Shown here one piece after another: positions 51,486 through 64,000 of a DNA stretch of 64,000 nucleotides. The stretch is from Nemertoderma westbladi (Eukaryota; Animalia; Xenacoelomorpha). The translations under genes and the position numbers were made by a program. The stretch's first letter is position 1. The number at the start of each line of letters is the position of its first letter. The DNA lies in NCBI GenBank assembly GCA_032718475.1, contig JAUCBJ010008230.1, positions 104,437 through 168,436 on the forward strand. The letters run 5' to 3'. The notes beneath the pieces are model-generated. The model saw nothing but the letters and a program-made list of their open reading frames with translations, did no database searches and had not been told where the DNA came from.

Positions 51486-53622
51486 TGATGAATTATTTCA
51501 CTATAAGATAGCATTTGTAGTTTAACGTAAAAACTTTTAAAAATCCGACGCATTTTGATTAAGTTACAGTAATGTTATATGCCTATTCATATTAGTACAC
51601 ATAAAACCCATAGTTAATCTCGTGGCGTAGTGGTCAGATGGTTAAGGCATTGGTTGCATTACAGATAGGTTACGAGTTCGAATCCCAGTCAGGAAATTTG
51701 CATTTTGGGGCAATTTATTTTCATTTGGTACAATTTGATAAACCAATGAGGTGCGTACAAGACATGGAACGATAAGTTGGGCCAATCATAGGGCATATAT
51801 CATCTTATTGCTCCAATGTGAGGCCATGGAATACTCTGGAAGGTTCTAGCGGATTCTATGTCCCAGATTTAGTATATAAAGGGCTGGTTTGCCTTCGGTT
51901 ATCACTCTTCACTATTAGTATCTATTTGACTTTAGTTGTCATTCTTTGTTTCTTTGGAACTTGTTAGTAAATCTGTTTGATAAATCTTTACTAAACTGTA
52001 AATACACTGTAAACTCCTGAACATGTTTTTCTTTGTTTGTCCAACTTTGGGACAGCCAAGCATCAGGAAGATGGCCGCCTAGACCGTTAGGCCATCAGCA
52101 ACGCAGGGAAATGATGTCCACAACACGCTAGCGCCCACATTAGATGAGACCGCGCACCCCCTTCGCCCTTCGAAATACTCCACCTTGCCATGCAGCGCCC
52201 GCTTTCCGAGGAAGGTAAGACTTTGTTTGACGCCCTTGCCCGACGTAAGACCTATAGATCAGGGTAAGCGTGACGCCGTCCTGGGACGCCGCAAAATTTA
52301 GGATCAAATAACTATATTCTGACAGAGCCCCCCCCACCCCCCCCCCCCCCCCGTCAGTATTGCAAATCCCTGGGTTAACCTGTATTCCTCGCAGGTGCGA
52401 ACTATTGCCGTCCGTCAGTACGCGAGTACATATTAGGTACGGACAGCATATGTTCCATAATTTAGTGATTCGTCACCACTGACCGTTTGGTGCCGGTTCG
52501 CTTTGTAGAACATACATTAGTACCCCCCCCCCCCCCCCCCCCTGCCTGAACTTAGTTATGTGATCAGGCAAGGAGTATTTCTGCTACCGGCACACCGCTT
52601 GGCCTAGGGAGGTTTATTAATATCCTACCGCGCCTTGCCACGTACTGATAGGTATTGCTGCTAATTACCGCAGCAACAAAGTTCTAGAATCAAATTTGTA
52701 TACCAGATCAGCTAACGTACGGTAGCGATTAACCCCTATTTCTTATCTTACAACCAGAATCTGGTATTTGTGCCGATCACGGGTGTAGTTACTAACACCG
52801 TGGTTGCCCAGTTGAGTTGTGGATAGGAAGAAGAGAGCTTTGAAGCCATTTTGTAAGTATAAAGTTCTACAAACGCGACTAGCTTATTTTCGTAGCTAGT
52901 GCACGGTATTGTTTTGGTCAGAGAATTACTAAAACCTAGTAAATAATATACACCAAATTGTTTTATTGTAACACACCCACACACACGCCCTAAACCATAT
53001 TTACCCTTAGAGTTCTACTAGATAGCGCACTTTAGATTTCCTTTAGGCAGAATTTATCTGTAATTTACTATTCGTATTTGTAAGTTTAGGATCTGATATT
53101 TAGTTACGGCAAAAGGGAGTATTTATTTCGTTATTAAACTGTTGTTTGTCTGAGCAACAGTATCGTTACATTAGGCACGACCCTCTTTAGACTGATTTTG
53201 TACAGGGGGATCAGTATTGTTACGCTAGGTCTGTTAACCCACTAGCTCGTATATAAACCATATACATCACACCGCGGCAAGTTACGGTATTTAGGACTGT
53301 CAGCGATAGTTAGGATTCGCTACGCGGGGATTGTTTTCCCGTGAGTTTGGTCTGTTACTGTAACTGTACATCTGCCATACTGGTTAGAGGACAGGTTTCC
53401 TTTTGTCTAGTTTGTAGGCATTAGAACCGCTTACGTACATAGAATAGACACTAGCCCTGCTCCTCGCCAGTAGTCGTTTGTGTACTGTATCTGTTTGTTT
53501 AGATACCCTGGACTGGGATTTGTTGTCAGATACTGTACGATGAGCCCGTATACATTACTAGATCTTACGGTAAGCTACATCGTTACTAGGATCCGGTAAG
53601 TGGTATACTACTGGACTTTTCA
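51486..53622 (+). repeat. 3' LTR of element B (2137 bp)
   Basis: TGATG...TTTTCA, preceded by PPT GGAGCGG and followed by the TSD. Confidence 0.95.
51624..51693 (+). promoter_or_regulatory. tRNA-like Pol III cassette in 3' LTR of B
   Basis: Copy of 38088-38157. Confidence 0.7.
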
Positions 53623-56600
53623 AACCCACTCCACGAGATAGAGAATCTTAAACGAAAGTCATAAGAACAGGTAACACTTACATTTATAGAAGTAATCAGC
53701 AGTTCTTTGCTTCGTCTTTCCTCTGGAGATGGATGAATTTTGATTGCGTCGGAACACCCCCTTTTTGAGGCTCTAAGAGTGAAGAGATAAGTAGCCTATT
53801 TCCCTGCTAATATTGTTGTGTTCTAGGATATTTATTATAGTTTCATCGTATTGCTAAAGCGGCTGGAGCCAAAGTAAATATGTAATGCAATAATTCACCT
53901 CAAATATCTCAGCTATTTCATGAATATAATGAGTATTAAAGCTATGTCAAAATCCTTGGGGTTTTTCAGAAATAATTTATCAAAATATCCTCAGATTTTT
54001 TACAAAAAACGACATCGATTTTAATATTTATAACTTCTAACCCACTCCACGAGATAGAGAATCTTAAACGAAAGTCATAAGAACAGGTAACACTTACATT
54101 TATAGAAGTAATCAGCAGTTCTTTGCTTCGACTTTCCTCGGGAGATGGATGAATTTTGATTGCGTCGGAACACCCCCTTTCTGAGGCTCTCAGAGTGGAG
54201 AGATAAGTAGCCTATCTCCCTGTTAATATTGTTGTGTTCTAGAATATTTATTATAGTTTCATCGTATTGCCAAAGCGGCTGGAGCCAAAGTAAATATGTA
54301 ATGCAATAATTCACCTCAAATATCTCAGCTAATTCATGAATATAATGAGTATTAAAGCTATGTCAAAATCCTTGGGGTTTTTCAGAAATAATTTATCAAA
54401 ATATCCTCAGATTTTTTACAAAAAACGACATCGATTTTCATATTTATAACTTCTAACCCACTCCACGAGATAGAGAATCTTAAACGAAAGTCATAAGAAC
54501 AGGGTCATAGGTAACACTTACATTTATAGAAGTAATCAGCTGTTCTTTGCTTCATGTTTCCCCTGGAGATGGATGAATTTTGATTGCGTCGGAACACCCG
54601 ACCCCCTTTTTGAGGCTCTCAGAGTGAAGAGATAAGTAGCCAATCTCCCTGTTAATATTGTTGTGTTCTAGAATATTTATTATAGTTTCATCGTATTGCC
54701 GAAGCGGCTGGAGCCAAAGTTAATATGTAATGCAATAATTCACCTCAAATTTCTCAGCTATTTCATGAATGTAATGAGTATTAAATCCTTGTCAAAATCC
54801 TTGGTGTTTTTCAGCAATAATTTATTAAAATCTCCTTTGATTTTTTACAGAAAACGACATCGATTTTCATATTCATTGACTTCTACCCCACTCCAAGAGA
54901 TAGACAATCTTAAATGAAAGTCAAAAGAGCAGGTAACACTTACATTTATAGAAGAAATCAGCTGTTCTTTGCTTCGTCTTTCCCCTGGATATGGATGAAT
55001 TTTGATTGCGTCGGAACACCCCCTTTCTGAGGCTCTCAGAGTGGAGAGATAATTAGCCTATCTCCCTGTTAATATTGTTGTGTTCTAGAATATTTATTAT
55101 AGTTTCATCGTATTGCCAAAGCGGCTGGAGCCGAAGTTAATATGTGATACAATAATTCACCTCAAATTTCTCAGCTACTTCATGAATATAATGAGTATAA
55201 AAGCTATGTCAAAATCCTTGGGGTTTTTCAGAAATAATTTATCAAAATATCCTCAGATTTTTTACAAAAAACAACATCGATTTTCATATTTATAACTTCT
55301 AACCCACTCCACGAGATAGAGAATCTTAAACGAAAGTCATAAGAACAGGTAACACATACATTTATAAAAGTAATCAGCTGTTCTTTGCTTCGTCTTTCCC
55401 CTGGAGATGGATGAATTTTGATTGCGTCGGAACACCCCCTTTTTGAGGCTCTCAGAGTGAAGAGATAAGTAGCCTATCTCCCTGTTAATATTGTTGTGTT
55501 CTAGAATATTTATTATAGTTTCATCGTATTGCCAAAGCGGCTGGAGCCAAAGTTAATATGTAATGCAATAATTCACCTCAAATTTCTCAGCTACTTCATG
55601 AATATAATGAGTATTAAATCCTTGTCAAAATCCTTGGTGTTTTTCAGCAATAATTTATTAAAATCTCCTTTGATTTTTTACAGAAAACGACATCGATTTT
55701 CATATTCATGACTTCTAACCCACTCCAAGAGATAGACAATCTTAAATGAAAGTCAAAAGAGCAGGTAACACTTACATTTATAGAAGTAATCAGCTGTTCT
55801 TTGCTCCGTCTTTCCCCTGGAGATGGATGAATTTTGATTGCGTCGAAACACCCCCTTTTTGAGGCTCTAAGAGTGAAAAGATAAGTATCCTATTTCCCTG
55901 TTAATATTATTCTGTTGTAGAATATTTATTATAGTTTCACCGTATTGCCAAAGCGGCTGGAGCCAAAGTTAATATGTGATACAATAATTCACCTCAAATT
56001 TCTCAGCTATTTCATGAATATAATGAGTATTAAATCCTTGTCAAAATCCTTGGTGTTTTTCAGCAATAATTTATTAAAATCTCCTCTGATTTTTTACAAA
56101 AAACGACATCGATTTTCATATTCATGACTTCTAACCCACTCTGCAAGAAAAAGAATCTTAAATGAAAATCAAAAGAACAGGTAACTCTTACATTTATAGA
56201 AGTAATCAGCTGTTCTTTGCTTCGTCTTTCCCCTGGATATGGATCAATTTTGATTGCGTCGGAACACCCCCCTTTCTGAGGCTCTCAGAGTGGAGAGATA
56301 ATTAGCCTATCTCCCTGTTAATATTGTTGTGTTCTAGAATATTTATTATAGTTTCATCGTATTGCCAAAGCGGCTGGAGCCGAAGTTAATATGTGATACA
56401 ATAATTCACCTCAAATTTCTCAGCTACTTCATGAATATAATGAGTATTAAAGCTATGTCAAAATCCTTGGGGTTTTTCAGAAATAATTTATCAAAATATC
56501 CTCAGATTTTTTACAAAAAACGACATCGATTTTCATATTTATAACTTCTAACCCACTCCACGAGATAGAGAATCTTAAACGAAAGTCATAAGAACAGGTA

Positions 56601-59600
56601 ATACTTACATTTATAAAAATAATCAGCTGTTCTTTGCTTTGTCTTTCCCCTGGAGATGGATGAATTTTGATTGCGTCGGAACACCCCCTTTTTGAGGCTC
56701 TCAGAGTGAAGAGATAAGTAGCCTATCTCCCTGTTAATATTGTTGTGTTCTAGAATATTTATTATAGTTTCATCGTATTGCCAAAGCGGCTGGAGACAAA
56801 GTTAATATGTAATGCAATAATTCACCTCAAATTTCTCAGCTATTTCATGAATATAATGAGTATTAAATCCTTGTCAAAATCCTTGGTGTTTTTCAGCAAT
56901 AATTTATTAAAATCTCCTCTGATTTTTTACAAAAAACGACATCGATTTTCATATTCATGACTTCTAACCCACTCCAAGAGATAGACAATCTTAAATGAAA
57001 GTCAAAAGAGCAGGTAAAACTTACATTTATAGAAGTAATCAGCTGTTCTTTGCTCCGTCTTTCCCCTGGAGATGGATGAATTTTGATTGCGTCGGAACAC
57101 CCCCTTTTTGAGGCTCTAAGAGTGAAGAGATAAGTATCCTATTTCCCTGTTAATATTGTTCTGTTGTAGAATATTTATTATAGTTTCACCGTATTGCCAA
57201 AGCGGCTGGAGCCAAAGTTAATATGTGATACAATAATTCACCTCAAATTTCTCAGCTATTTCATGAATATAATGAGTATTAAATCCTTGTCAAAATCCTT
57301 GGTGTTTTTCAGCAATAATTTATTAAAATCTCCTCTGATTTTTTTCAAAAACCACATCGATTTTCATATTTATAACTTCTAACCCACTCCATGAGATAGA
57401 GAATCTTAAACGAAAGTCATAAGAACAGTTAACACTTTCATTTATAGAAGTAATCAGCTGTTCTTTGCTTCGTCTTTCCCCTGGAGATGGATGAATTTTG
57501 ATTGCGTCGGAACACCCCCTTTTTGAGGCTCTCAGAGTGAAGAGATAAGTAGCCTATCTCCCTGTTAATATTGTTGTGTTCTAGAATATTTATTATAGTT
57601 TCATCGTATTGCCAAAGCGGCTGGAGCCAAAGTTAATATGTAATGCAATAATTCACCTCAAATTTCTCAGCTACTTCATGAATATAATGGGTATTAAATC
57701 CTTGTCAAAATCCTTGGTGTTTTTCAGCAATAATTTATTAAAATCTCCTTTGATTTTTTACAGAAAACGACATCGATTTTCATATTCATGACTTCTAACC
57801 CACTCTGCAAGAAAAAGAATCTTAAATGAAAATCAAAAGAACAGGTAACTCTTACATTTATAGAAGTAATCAGCTGTTCTTTGCTTCGTCTTTCCCCTGG
57901 ATATGGATCAATTTTGATTGCGTCGGAACACCCCCTTTCTGAGGCTCTCAGAGTGGAGAGATAATTAGCCTATCTCCCTGTTAATATTGTTGTGTTCTAG
58001 AATATTTATTATAGTTTCATCGTATTGCCAAAGCGGCTGGAGCCGAAGTTAATATGTGATACAATAATTCACCTCAAATATCTTAGCTATTTCATGAACA
58101 TAATGAAGTATTAAAGCCATGTCAAAATCCTTGGGGTTTTTCAGCAATAATTTTTAAAATATCCTCTGATTTTTTTCAAAAACCACATCGATTTTCATAT
58201 TTATAACTGCTAACCCACTCCACGAGATAGAGAATCTTAAACGAAAGTCATAAGAACAGGTAACACTTTCATTTATAGAAGTAATCAGCTGTTATTTGCT
58301 TCGCCTTTCCCCTGGAGATGGATGAATTTTGATTGCGTCGGAACACCCCCTTTCTGAGGCTCTCAGAGTGGAGAAATAAGTAGCCTATTTCCCTGTTAAT
58401 ATTGTTGTGTTCTAGAATATTTATTATAGTTTCATCGTATTGCTAATGTGGCTGGAGTTAAAGTTAATATGTAATGCAATAATTCACCTCAAATATCTCA
58501 GCTATTTCATCAACATAATGAAGTATTAAAGCCATGTCAAAATCCTTGGGGTTTTTCAGCTATAATTTATCAAAATATCCTCTGATTTTTTTTTCAAAAA
58601 CCACATCGATTTTCATATTTATAACTTCTAACCAACTCCACGAGATAGAGAATCTTAAACGAAAGTCATAAGAACAGGTAACACTTTCATTTATAGAAGT
58701 AATCAGCTGTTATTTGCTTCGTCTTTCCCCTGCAGATGGATGAATTTTGATTGCGTCGGAACACCCCCTTTATGAGGCTCTCAGAGTGGAGAGATAAGTA
58801 GCCTATCTCCCTGTTAATATTGTTGTGTTCTAGAATATTTATTATAGTTTCATCGTATTGCCAAAGCGGCTGGAGCCAAAGTTAATATGTAATGCAATAA
58901 TTCACCTCAAATTTCTCAGCTATTTCATGAATATAATGAGTATTAAATCCTTGTCAAAATCCTTGGTGTTTTTCAGCAATAATTTATTAAAATCTCCTCT
59001 GATTTTTTACAAAAAACGACATCGATTTTCATATTCATGACTTCTAACCCACTCCACAAGATAAAGAATCTTAAATGAAAGTCAAAAGAACAGGTAACAC
59101 TTACATTTATAGAAGTAATCAACTGTTCTTTGCTTCGTCTTTCCCCTGAAGATGGATGAATTTTGATTGCGTCGGAACACCCCTTTTTTGAGGTTCTCAG
59201 AGTGAAGAGATAAGTAGCCTATCTCCCTGTTAATATTGTTGTGTTCTAGAATATTAATTATAGTTTCATCGTATTGCTAATGTGGCTGGAGTTAAAGTTA
59301 TTATGTAATGCAATAATTCACCTCAAATATCTCAGATTTTTCATGAACATAATGAAGAATTAAAGCCATGTCAAAATCCTTGGTGTTTTTCAGCAATAAT
59401 TAATCAAAATATCCTTTGATTTTTTTCAAAAACCACATCGATTTTCATATTTATAACTTCTATCCTAGTCCACAAGATACAGAATCTTAAACGAAAGTCA
59501 AAAAACAGGTAACACTTATATTTATAGAAGTAATCAGATGTTATTTGCTTCGACTTTCCCCTGGAGATGGTTGAATTTTGATTGTGTCAAAACAACCCTC

Positions 59601-62600
59601 CCTATCTGTGGCTGTCTGAGTGAAGAGATAAGTAGCCTATCTCCCTGTTAATATTGTTGTGTTCTAGAATATTTATTATAGTTTCATCGTATTGCCAAAG
59701 CGGCTGGAGCCGAAGTTAATATGTGATACAATAATTCACCTCAAATATCTTAGCTATTTCATGAACATAATGAAGTATTAAAGCCATGTCAAAATCCTTG
59801 GGGTTTTTCAGCAATAATTTTTAAAATATCCTCTGATTTTTTTCAAAAACCACATCGATTTTCATATTTATAACTGCTAACCCACTCTACGAGATAGAGA
59901 ATCTTAAACGAAAGTCATAAGAACAGGTAACACTTTCATTTATAGAAGTAATCAGCTGTTATTTGATTCGCCTTTCCCCTGGAGATGGATGAATTTTGAT
60001 TGCGTCGGAACACCCCCTTTCTGAGGCTCTCAGAGTGGAGAGATAAGTAGCTTATTTCCCTGTTAATATTGTTGTGTTCTAGAATATTTATTATAGTTTT
60101 ATCGTATTGCTAATGTGGCTGGAGTTAAAGTTATTATATAATGCAATAATTCACCTCAAATTTCTCGGCTATTTCATGAATATAATGAGTATTAAAGCCA
60201 TGTCAAAATCCTTAGGGTTTTTTAGCAATAATTTATCAAAATATCCTCTGATTTTTTTCAAAAAACGACATAGATTTTCATAGTCATGACTTCTAACCCA
60301 CTCCACATGATAAAGAATCTTAAATTAAAGTCAAAGGAGCAGGTAACACTTACATTTATAGAAGTAATCAACTGTTCTTTGCTTCGTCTATCCACTGGAG
60401 ATGGATGAATTTTGATTGCATCGGAACACCCCTCCCTATCTGTGGCTGTCTGAATGGAGAGATAAGTAGCCTATCTCCCTGTTAATATTGTTGTGTTATA
60501 GAATATTTATTATAGTTTCATCGTATTGCCAAAGTGGCTGGAGCCAAAGTTAATATGTAATGCAATAATTCACCTCAAATATCTCAGCTATTTCATGAAC
60601 ATAATGAAGTATTAAAGCCATGTCAAAATCCTTGGGGTTTTTCAGCAATAATTTATCAAAATATCCTCTGATTTTTCTTTCAAAAACCACATCGATTTTC
60701 ATATTTATAACTTCTAACCAACTCCACGAGATAGAGAATCTTAAACGAAAGTCATAAGAACAGGTAACACTTTCATTTATAGAAGTAATCAGCTGTTATT
60801 TGCTTCGTCTTTCCACTGCAGATGGATGAATTTTGATTGCGTCGGAACACCCCCTTTATGAGGCTCTCAGAGTGGAGAGATAAGTAGCCTATCTCCCTGT
60901 TAATATTGTTGTGTTCTAGAATATTTATTATAGTTTCATCGTATTGCCAATGCGGCTGGAGCAAAAGTTAATATGTAATGCAATAATTCACCTCAAATTT
61001 CTCAGCTATTTCATAAATATAATGAGTATTAAATCCTTGTCAAAATCCTTGGTGTTTTTCAGCAATAATTTATTAAAATCTCCTCTGATTTTTTACAAAA
61101 AACGACAGCGATTTTCATATTCATGACTTCTAACCCACTCCACAAGATAGAGAATCTTAAACGAAAGTCAAAAGAACAGGTAACACTTACATTTATAGAA
61201 GTAATCAGCTGTTCTTTGCTTCGCCTTTCCCCTGGAGATGGATAAATTTTGATTGCGTCAGAACACCCCTTTTTTGAGGCTCTCAGAGTGAAGAGATAAG
61301 TAGCCTATTTCCCTGTTAATATTGTTGTGTTCTAGAATATTTATTATAGTTTCATCGTATTGCTAATGTGGCTGGAGCCGAAGTTATTATGTAATGCAAT
61401 AATTCACCTCAAATTTCTCGTCTATTTCATGAATATAATGAGTATTAAAGTCATGTCAAAATCCTTAGGGTTTTTCAGCAATAATTTATCAAAATATCCT
61501 TCGATTTTTTTCAAAAAACGACATCGATTTTCATAGTCATGACTTCTAACCCACTCCACAAGATAAAGAATCTTAAATTAAAGTCAAAGGAGCAGGTAAC
61601 ACTTACATTTATAGAAGTAATCAGCTGTTCTTTGATTCGTCTATCCACTGGAGATGGATAAATTTTGATTGCATCGGAACACCCCTCCCTATCTGTGGCT
61701 CTCTGAATGGAGAGATAAGTAGCCTATCTCCCTGTTAATATTGTTGTGTTCTAGAATATTTATTATAGCTTCATTGTATTGCCAAAGCGGCTGGAGCCGA
61801 AGTTAATATGTGATACAATAATTCACCTCAAATATCTCAGCTATTTCATGTATATAATGAGTAATAAAGCCATGTCAAAATCCTTGGGGTTTTTCAGCAA
61901 TAATTTTTAAAATATCCTCTGATTTTTTTCAAAAACCACATCGATTTTCATATTTATAACTTCTAACCCACTCCACGAGATAGAGAATCTTAAACGAAAG
62001 TCATAAGAACAGGTAACACTTACATTTATAGAAGTACTCAGCTGTTATTTGCTTCGCCTTTCCCCTGGAGATGGATGAATTTTGATTGCGTCGGAATACC
62101 CCTTTTTCGAGGTTCTCAGAGTGAAGAGATAAGTAGCCTATCTCCCTGTTAATATTGTTGTGTTCTAGAATATTTATTATAGTTTCATCGTATTGCTAAT
62201 GTGGCTGGAGTTAAAGTTATTATGTAATGCAATAATTCACCTCAAATATCTCAGTTTTTTCATGAACATAATGAAGTATTAAAGCCATGTCAAAATCCTT
62301 GGTGTTTTTCAGCAATAATTAATCAAAATATCCTTTGATTTTTTTCAAAAACCACATCGATTTTCATATTTATAACTTCTATCCTAGTCCACAAGATACA
62401 GAATCTTAAACGAAAATCAAAAAACAGGTAACACTTACATTTATAGAAGTAATCAGATGTTATTTGCTTCGCCTTTCCCCTGGAGATGGTTGAATTTTGA
62501 TTGCGTCGGAACACCCCCTTTCTGAGGCTCTCAGAGTGGAGAGATAAGTAGCCTATTTCCCTGTTAATATTGTTGTGTTCTAGAATATTTATTATAGTTT

Positions 62601-63258
62601 CATCGTATTGCCAAAGCGTCTGGAGCCGAAGTTAATATGTGATACAATAATTCACCTCAAATATCTTAGCTATTTCATGAACATAATGAAGTATTAAAGC
62701 CATGTCAAAATCCTTGGGGTTTTTCAGCAATAATTTTTAAAATATCCTCTGATTTTTTTCAAAAACCACATCGATTTTCATATTTATAACTGCTAACCCA
62801 CTCCACGAGATGGAGAATCTTAAACGAAAGTCATAAGAACAGGTAACACTTTCATTTATAGAAGTAATCAGCTGTTATTTGCTTCGCCTTTCCCCTGGAG
62901 ATGGATGAATTTTGATTGCGTCGGAACACCCCCTTTCTGAGGCTCTCAGAGTGGAGAGATAAGTAGCCTATTTCCCTGTTAATATTGCTGTGTTCTAGAA
63001 TATTTATTATAGTTTCATCGTATTGCTAATGTGGCTGGAGTTAAAGTTATTATGTAATGCAATAATTCACCTCAAATTTCTCGGCTATTTCATGAATATA
63101 ATGAGTATTAAAGCCATGTCAAAATCCTTAGGGTTTTTCAGCAATAATTTATCAAAATATCCTCTGATTTTTTTCAAAAAACGACATCGATTTTCATAGT
63201 CATGACTTCTAACCCACTCCACAAGATAAAGAATCTTAAATTAAAGTCAAAGGAGCAG
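53623..63258. repeat. ~416-bp satellite array, ~23 monomers
   Basis: Same unit; spurious ORFs every 416 bp (55113, 55529, 55945). Confidence 0.97.
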
Positions 63259-64000
63259 TGTTAGAGTAACCAATATGTAATTTAATCAGATTAATTATAT
63301 TGATTAATTATAATATACAACTGATTAGTCAGCTGTGCAGTAGGAGATAATTGTATGTTACACAGCTGTGCAGTTAGAGGTAGTAGGACAATATGCATAA
63401 CGATGAAGAAGAATTAATTAATATATGAACTATAGTAAACTACAGTAATTGTTTTCTGATCCTGTGAGTAATCCTCACATTTGGTGACCCAGCGATTTCT
63501 TTCTTTTTTTTTTAAATAAATTAGTTGCTATTGTCCAATGTCTTTCACTGCTTACCGTATGGCTGATCTGGCTGAAGTCCTCCAGCAACTGAACAGTTCT
63601 GATCCCAACTACTCGCTACCCGACAAGAAAGCCGACATGATCGATGAACTCAGCAAAGAGAATCCGGTCGCAATTAAGATTCTTCTGTCGCATATACAGA
63701 AGAGTCAAACGGTTCTACAGCCATCAGTACCTCATCCGCAAACACCACATTCGTATCCACAAAAGGTAAAACTACCCGAATTCTATGAGAAAGACGCTAG
63801 AGTATGGTTCCAACAAGTGGAAGCCGTGCTTGAAGGACACCCAGCTGCAGCAATGAGATCCAATTTGTTGGCTGCTTTGCCAACAGAAACAATATTGGAT
63901 GCTGGAGTCAACCTCAGTGATACTTTCGAGACGATTAAAGATAATATAATAACTCATTTGGCTGACAGCGACAACAAACGCCTGCGTAAATTACTTGCAG
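63259..64000 (+). mobile_element. Ty3/Gypsy LTR retrotransposon (CsRn1/Kabuki-like), 5' end
   Basis: LTR TG(63259)...CA(63479); PBS TGGTGACCC (63482) complementary to the tRNA-Trp 3' end; Gag start follows. Confidence 0.8.
63538..64000 (+). CDS. gag: Gypsy Gag, N-terminal part (open to window end)
   Basis: Manual translation MSFTAYRMADL...KVKLPEFYEKDARVWFQQVEAVL..., resembling the VKLPxF...WFxQVEA motif of CsRn1-type Gag. Confidence 0.75.
   Translation, partial: MSFTAYRMADLAEVLQQLNSSDPNYSLPDKKADMIDELSKENPVAIKILLSHIQKSQTVLQPSVPHPQTPHSYPQKVKLPEFYEKDARVWFQQVEAVLEGHPAAAMRSNLLAALPTETILDAGVNLSDTFETIKDNIITHLADSDNKRLRKLLA

Larger units (their letters stand above)
37950..53622 (+). mobile_element. 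BEL/Pao LTR retrotransposon element B, full length, decayed
   Basis: TG...CA termini; TSD AACCC (37945-37949, 53623-53627); ~2.1-kb LTRs; gag-pol homologous to A. Confidence 0.95.

Noticed and set aside
5308-63258. Recurrent 60-80 aa ORFs (MQKRLEPK..., MNYCITYY...) in the satellite blocks
   Set aside because: By-products of satellite monomers, freely broken by indels.

Overview
Eukaryotic (most likely invertebrate animal) heterochromatic window. An AT-rich ~415-bp satellite array (5308-17901, 37093-37949, 53623-63258) is interrupted by four LTR retrotransposons: the 5' half of a decayed BEL/Pao element on the minus strand (1-5307), two related full-length decayed BEL/Pao elements with TSDs (element A 17902-37092; element B 37950-53622) and the 5' end of a Gypsy element (63259-end). 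Main result: the pol gene of element A carries a 1204-nt sense-strand insertion (25942-27145) that folds by hand into a complete group I intron ribozyme (P1 with the U.G splice-site wobble, P2-P9, a P7 guanosine-binding site and a terminal G). Removing it restores the reading frame to match the intron-less site in element B. Also notable: tRNA-like Pol III cassettes in the LTRs of A and B; no tRNA primer-binding site in element 1 or B (that region is deleted in A), with a Tf1-like self-priming fold in element 1; TATA...TATA termini in A; a large extra ORF with three zinc knuckles downstream of pol; and a ~20-nt hairpin motif dispersed through A and B. All calls were made by eye; no searches or folding programs were run.
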